Source: Candidatus Obscuribacter phosphatis
GTDB taxonomy: Bacteria > Cyanobacteriota > Vampirovibrionia > Obscuribacterales > Obscuribacteraceae
Assembly (NCBI GenBank): GCA_001899315.1
Contig: MOYA01000004.1
Coordinates: forward strand, 54,477 to 118,476
Direction of reading: 5' to 3'
DNA length: 64,000 bases
The notes beneath the pieces were generated by a model that saw only the letters and a program-made list of their open reading frames with translations, had not been told where the DNA came from and did no database searches. Shown here one piece after another: positions 59,771 to 64,000 of this stretch (the first letter of the stretch is position 1; each line of letters opens with the position of its first letter). The position numbers were made by a program, and so were the translations under genes.

Positions 59771-61396
59771 ATGAATGAAGATAGAGGCGCCATTTTATTG
59801 GCGTCTTCATTTTTCATCGTGTCAGCAATTGTTCTTCTTCGAACGCCAAGTTCATGGGCTCAAAATTCGGATCCTTCGCAAGTGGTAATGCCACCCAAAG
59901 CGTCGAAAGCTGAGCAAGATCACTCAACCTTTTATTCTGGTTATGCCCTATACACAAGAGGCAAGCTAGACGAAGCAATCAAAACTTTTACCCGTGGACT
60001 TGAAACTAATCCAGAAAGTGCCGACTGTCACTATGGACTGGGATTCACATTACAGAAACAAAGAAAACTTGAGCAAGCGCTTCAACACTACAATCTTGCA
60101 ATTAAGTTCAATCCCAGACTTGCCGATGCCTATAATGACAGAGGCAATCTCTTTGTCTGCCTAGGCAGACTAGATGAAGCAATCAGGGACTATAGCGTGG
60201 CTATTCTAATTAGTCCTTGGAATGCAGCCAACTATGAAGATAGGGCGCAAGCATATCTTGAAAAAAAAGAATATTCAAAGGTAATCGCGGATGCTACCAA
60301 AGCCATAGAGTTAGATAAATCAATAGTTAGAGCCTACAAGCATAGGGCTGCAGCCTGGCAAGCGATAAATAAGCCTATTCAGGCTCTGCAAGATCTAAAT
60401 CAAGCCTGCAAAAATGACAAGGAGACCATTTACTCTCTTTACGAAAGAGCCCGTCTCAAGATAGTCTTAAGTGACTTTGCGGGCGCATTAAGTGACTATT
60501 CGCAGGCTTTAGAGAGAAAACCTAATGACCCCATAATTCTTAGAGAAAGAGCGAGCCTCTATGAGCAAATGGAAGATTTTGAGAAGGCCAAGCTCGATGT
60601 AAGTAAGTTGAAGGAATGCTATAAAAATTCAAAAGAACTACTCGCTCTTGCAGACGACTGGCTCAGAGTGCTCGATGACTATCAAGAAGACAGAACCATA
60701 TCAGATCTAAGCGATACCGAAAGATATCCGCTCCTTTTGACGCTACTTTATTGGCAGCAATACCGCATGGGTACACATTCTCTTTATGGTGGCGAAAATT
60801 GCCAAGCAAATCGAAACAAAGCCAGAAAAATACTTGATGATAGTTTCGGTGTGAAAAATCGAGAAGAGCTTATCGAGCGGCTTGAAGAACTTATGCTTAG
60901 CGGCGACAACAGAACCTGGCTGTGCATGGGTGAAGCTATAAACAGCGGAGCGTCACCAATGCAGATAGACTTTGCCGTGTTTTTGTGCGGCCGCAATAGT
61001 AATGATAAAGAGGCGCTCCTCGATCAACTTAGAAAGCAATTCGTCAACTCGAGAGAATCAGGGCTTCTCGGCTGGGATCTGGCGAGGTACATTGTCGCCA
61101 CACGAGAGGGCTTCATTGCCGGCTATCTCAGTCGAGCCGAAGCAAAGTCGCGCATGCTAGCTGCCTCACTTCTGCTCCAGACGCATTTCAAGTCTTACAC
61201 TGATTGCAACCAGAACATCCTAATTGGCAAAGCAGCCTTCCAGCCTGACACATATCGCCAAACTTCCGAGTCATTGCATTCCATTACCAATTGGATAAAA
61301 ACAAGCCGCCTGAGCCCCTGGAAGCAAATCCCTTTCAATATTTCTCTGATGCAAGCGAGCAGCACGGATGCAGAAAACAAGCACAGAAGCGATTAG
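59771..61396 (+). CDS. TPR-repeat protein with DUF1266-like C-terminal domain
   Basis: Start is uncertain (TTG 59753 or ATG 59771). Signal/anchor LLASSFFIVSAIVLL. Several 34-aa TPR units (A..Y..AL...P....A...RG). The C-terminal LLGWDLARYIVATREGFIAGYLSRAEA resembles DUF1266. Confidence 0.65.
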   Translation: MNEDRGAILLASSFFIVSAIVLLRTPSSWAQNSDPSQVVMPPKASKAEQDHSTFYSGYALYTRGKLDEAIKTFTRGLETNPESADCHYGLGFTLQKQRKLEQALQHYNLAIKFNPRLADAYNDRGNLFVCLGRLDEAIRDYSVAILISPWNAANYEDRAQAYLEKKEYSKVIADATKAIELDKSIVRAYKHRAAAWQAINKPIQALQDLNQACKNDKETIYSLYERARLKIVLSDFAGALSDYSQALERKPNDPIILRERASLYEQMEDFEKAKLDVSKLKECYKNSKELLALADDWLRVLDDYQEDRTISDLSDTERYPLLLTLLYWQQYRMGTHSLYGGENCQANRNKARKILDDSFGVKNREELIERLEELMLSGDNRTWLCMGEAINSGASPMQIDFAVFLCGRNSNDKEALLDQLRKQFVNSRESGLLGWDLARYIVATREGFIAGYLSRAEAKSRMLAASLLLQTHFKSYTDCNQNILIGKAAFQPDTYRQTSESLHSITNWIKTSRLSPWKQIPFNISLMQASSTDAENKHRSD

Positions 61397-61540
61397 CAAG
61401 CAATGAAAAAAGTAAACGAGCAAGTGATACAACAATAACTAACCCTGACAATATCTACAAGGACACTGTCTACCCTGACCAATAATTAGTAGCGCTGAGA
61501 AGTCATCCTAAACAGCATTCCAGTCGGCAACAATATATGC

Positions 61541-61921
61541 TCAATTTGGCTGATTAATCATAAAGGTGGCGAAATGCTCGAAGAAGGCGTCGAGTTCGGC
61601 TCTAAAGGGCTTAAACTCTTCGGTCTGGTCTAGAGCTGAATTCATTGCCAAAAGCCAGGCATCCCGCTCCTTCATTCCTATCTTAAAGGGCATATGTCGA
61701 GCGCGCATACGGGGATGTCCCCTCTCTTGAACATATGCTTGGCTGCCTCCCATGCGGTAAATCAAATACTTTGCCAGTTTTGATTTTGCTTCGCTCAAAT
61801 CTTTTGGATAAAGCGGTCTAAGTACGCTGGAAGCCTCGACCCCCTGATAGAAATGTTCTACCAGTCTATAAAATGGCTCTTCAGAGCCAACTTGTTCGTA
61901 AATTACAGACAATGCATCCAT
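61541..61921 (-). CDS. group II truncated haemoglobin (trHbO-like)
   Basis: FYRLVEHFY, LRPLYP, GGSQAY..RGHPRMRARHMPFKIG. Confidence 0.85.
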   Translation of the reverse strand: MDALSVIYEQVGSEEPFYRLVEHFYQGVEASSVLRPLYPKDLSEAKSKLAKYLIYRMGGSQAYVQERGHPRMRARHMPFKIGMKERDAWLLAMNSALDQTEEFKPFRAELDAFFEHFATFMINQPN

Positions 61922-62054
61922 GCAAAAATTCTACCTTGCAGAAAGATCCTGGGGAAAACTCTATAGCGCCCCACGGGACCGACAAATATACTGGTCACTA
62001 TACCAAAATACTTTATACAATCTTCTACTTCACATTACGGGGGTGTCCTGAGAC

Positions 62055-62933
62055 ATGTCCGAAACCAAGATTGCCTGGAAAATCTTAGCTTCGCCTGATT
62101 CAGACGAGAAAGAATGGTTGCAAGCCTGCCAGATCGTGGGAGACAAGCCCGCACCACCAGCGGTATTAGAAAGCAATTTTTTCATTGGTCCTGAGTACAA
62201 AGCGAAGAAATCGATAAAGACCTTTCTAGATGGAGCTTTTCTGGCAGCTAGAGGTGGTGCATTCTTTCTTGATGCCTTTATTCTAGCCTGTAGTTTTTTT
62301 CTGCTCGGCTGTTTGAGTAATTTCTATTTGGGCGCTCATTATTTTAATGGCGAGCTGTTTATGCAGGGCTTAATTGAGCAGTTTAGCCTGCTCTACACAC
62401 TGCAACCACTCTGGCTGCCTGGCGTCTATACAGGTCCTATGTATGCAGAACTACCAGTAAGTCTCTTAGAGTTGTTACGGTTGCCGCCGGCGCTCTCCGA
62501 ACTCGTCGGCTCTCTAATGCCCTTTACCAAGCAAATAGAGATCCCCTTTCAATATATCTACACCGATAGATATGATAGACACTTCGTCATCAATACTCCC
62601 GACTATATCTTTCTCTGCCTCTGGAGCTGGTTTTATCACGCCGTTTTTCAGTCTTCCGCCCTTATGGCCACACCCGGAGAATTTCTCATGGGACTAAAAA
62701 CCACGACCAAAGCCGGAGCAAGATTATCGCTTGAACGGGCTACTTATAGGCATTTTGCTCGTCTTATTTGCCCGTTGACTCTCTGGATAGCTTACGCTTT
62801 GCCGCTAGTAAATAGAAAGCAGGAATCTATCGAAGACATCATATGCAATACCAAGGTCAGCCTCAGACAAGAGCCCAATGCCGAAGAACTGCTGGAAGAA
62901 GCAATAAAGAAAAAAGCGCTGACAGACTGGTAA
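62055..62933 (+). CDS. membrane protein, possibly RDD family
   Basis: Several TM segments. GEFLMGLKTTTKAGARLSLERATYRHFARLI resembles the RDD-domain core. Weak call. Confidence 0.5.
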   Translation: MSETKIAWKILASPDSDEKEWLQACQIVGDKPAPPAVLESNFFIGPEYKAKKSIKTFLDGAFLAARGGAFFLDAFILACSFFLLGCLSNFYLGAHYFNGELFMQGLIEQFSLLYTLQPLWLPGVYTGPMYAELPVSLLELLRLPPALSELVGSLMPFTKQIEIPFQYIYTDRYDRHFVINTPDYIFLCLWSWFYHAVFQSSALMATPGEFLMGLKTTTKAGARLSLERATYRHFARLICPLTLWIAYALPLVNRKQESIEDIICNTKVSLRQEPNAEELLEEAIKKKALTDW

Positions 62934-62957
62934 AATTACTCTAGTGAACATATTGTC

Positions 62958-64000
62958 ATGAGAGTAAAGATGTCGGAAGAGCAAAAGCACGACCTACCAG
63001 AAAATAAAGAGAGCGATCAGGCGCCGTCTTCTGCCCAGGAAAGCAGCCCGGCTGGCAATGGCTCGTCACTGGTTCTGCACATACCGGAAGGTGTGCGCTA
63101 CAACTGTCAAGGTTGCGGTCGCTGTTGTTCGGGCTGGTCGGTGGGCATGTCCCAAGAAGACTATGACCGCATCAAGCATGTAGACTGGCAATCGCTACAT
63201 CCGGCGCTCCAGGGCAGAGAGCTTTTCATGCACCGAGAAGCTGAATACAAAGCCGGCCTAGCCGGGCATCCCCACTATACAAAGCCGCGCGAAGACGGCT
63301 CCTGCCCCTTTCTTATAGACAAACTCTGTTTCATCCACGGCTATCTTGGCGAAGATCAAAAGCCGGTCACTTGCAGGCTCTTTCCCTACTCCTTTGTAGA
63401 AACACCTTCCGGAGTCTACACCGGCGTTGTCTATAACAGCATGGCAGCGGCTAAGAACCAGGGCAACTTGTTGACAGATCAAGTGCAGGCCCTGGAAGAA
63501 GCTCTGGAACTGACCAAGAAGTATGCTCGCGCCCTCAATAAGACCGAAGCCGCCATGGAGGTCAAGGACGCCCCTAAAGAACTGGACGGTGCCAAAGTAG
63601 CCCAACAGGACCAAACTCCTTTCCAAACAGTCGACCTGACCTTGGGCTTGACCGTTCCATGGGCCGAATTTCTAGAAGTGGATAAGAAACTGATGGATCT
63701 TGTACTCAACCGCACCGACCTCAGTATCTTCCAGATCTTGCCGGCTGGCTCAGAGATTCTTCAGAAAGCAATCAAGCTCAAGAGAGCCGGACAGCCCTTA
63801 TCTGAATTGCAGAACTTCGACCCTATAGTGCCTCCAGATTCAGACATGACACCAGGCTCCACCGAAGAGATGACACTTCGGTCTATGTTCTATAGATTCT
63901 TCCTCTATCCCCTAATTAGGGTGGACGAGAAAGGTCTCTGGCAGATGCAAAGACGCAACATTCTCAATCCAGCCAATCTATTCACCGTTGTGCGTTCCTT
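62958..64000 (+). CDS. YkgJ-family Cys-cluster protein (CxxCxxCC), 3' end outside window
   Basis: Hand translation shows an open frame from ATG 62958 (or 62970) to the window edge; it is absent from the ORF track because no stop is reached. NCQGCGRCCSG, SCPFL..KLCFIH...KPVTCRLFP. Confidence 0.75.
   Translation, partial: MRVKMSEEQKHDLPENKESDQAPSSAQESSPAGNGSSLVLHIPEGVRYNCQGCGRCCSGWSVGMSQEDYDRIKHVDWQSLHPALQGRELFMHREAEYKAGLAGHPHYTKPREDGSCPFLIDKLCFIHGYLGEDQKPVTCRLFPYSFVETPSGVYTGVVYNSMAAAKNQGNLLTDQVQALEEALELTKKYARALNKTEAAMEVKDAPKELDGAKVAQQDQTPFQTVDLTLGLTVPWAEFLEVDKKLMDLVLNRTDLSIFQILPAGSEILQKAIKLKRAGQPLSELQNFDPIVPPDSDMTPGSTEEMTLRSMFYRFFLYPLIRVDEKGLWQMQRRNILNPANLFTVVRS

Noticed and set aside
63258-63715. 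Minus-strand ORFs 63258..63626 and 63479..63715.
   Set aside because: They are antisense to the open-ended YkgJ-family CDS, which has clear Cys-cluster motifs.

Overview
Bacterial chromosomal window with about 46 protein-coding genes, one tRNA-Asp, and no rRNA, CRISPR array or intact insertion sequence. Base composition is strongly mosaic. Hand-counted 60-nt lines give about 65-68% GC in blocks 13.8-19.0 kb, 22.4-28.6 kb and 45.5-50.1 kb, against about 43-48% in the lineage-specific hypothetical genes. Recognisable content: a peptidase-rich stretch (two tandem M1 aminopeptidases, an M4 thermolysin-like protease, a large orphan HExxH protein, an S51 peptidase, a double retropepsin-domain secreted protein); a zinc-homeostasis cluster (His-rich ZIP transporter plus COG0523 GTPase); fadE, serS, panC, PPK2, OsmC; a CoaE fusion; a Ser/Thr kinase plus APH-like kinase pair; a truncated haemoglobin; an HDAC-like enzyme. 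The most interesting signals are: (1) two paralogous proteins that keep both ends of an IS1595-type transposase, while the DDE core is replaced by an acidic linker and a DprA-like winged helix; (2) a 20-22 bp perfect palindrome (GAATAACCGATATCGGTTATTC) that recurs at three loci, plus degenerate relatives, mostly just upstream of genes including both paralogues; (3) a 402-aa protein built from three modules with exact 24-5-24 MshEN-like (c-di-GMP receptor-like) spacing, with related modules on the C-terminus of the Ser/Thr kinase; (4) a 744-aa orphan protein with an HExxH...GExxxD arrangement. All family calls come from motifs read by eye; no database search was possible. The taxon cannot be determined from this window. 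A few features (BT1-type transporter, S51 cyanophycinase-like peptidase, T2SSE_N-like repeats) give only a weak hint of a cyanobacteria-related lineage.
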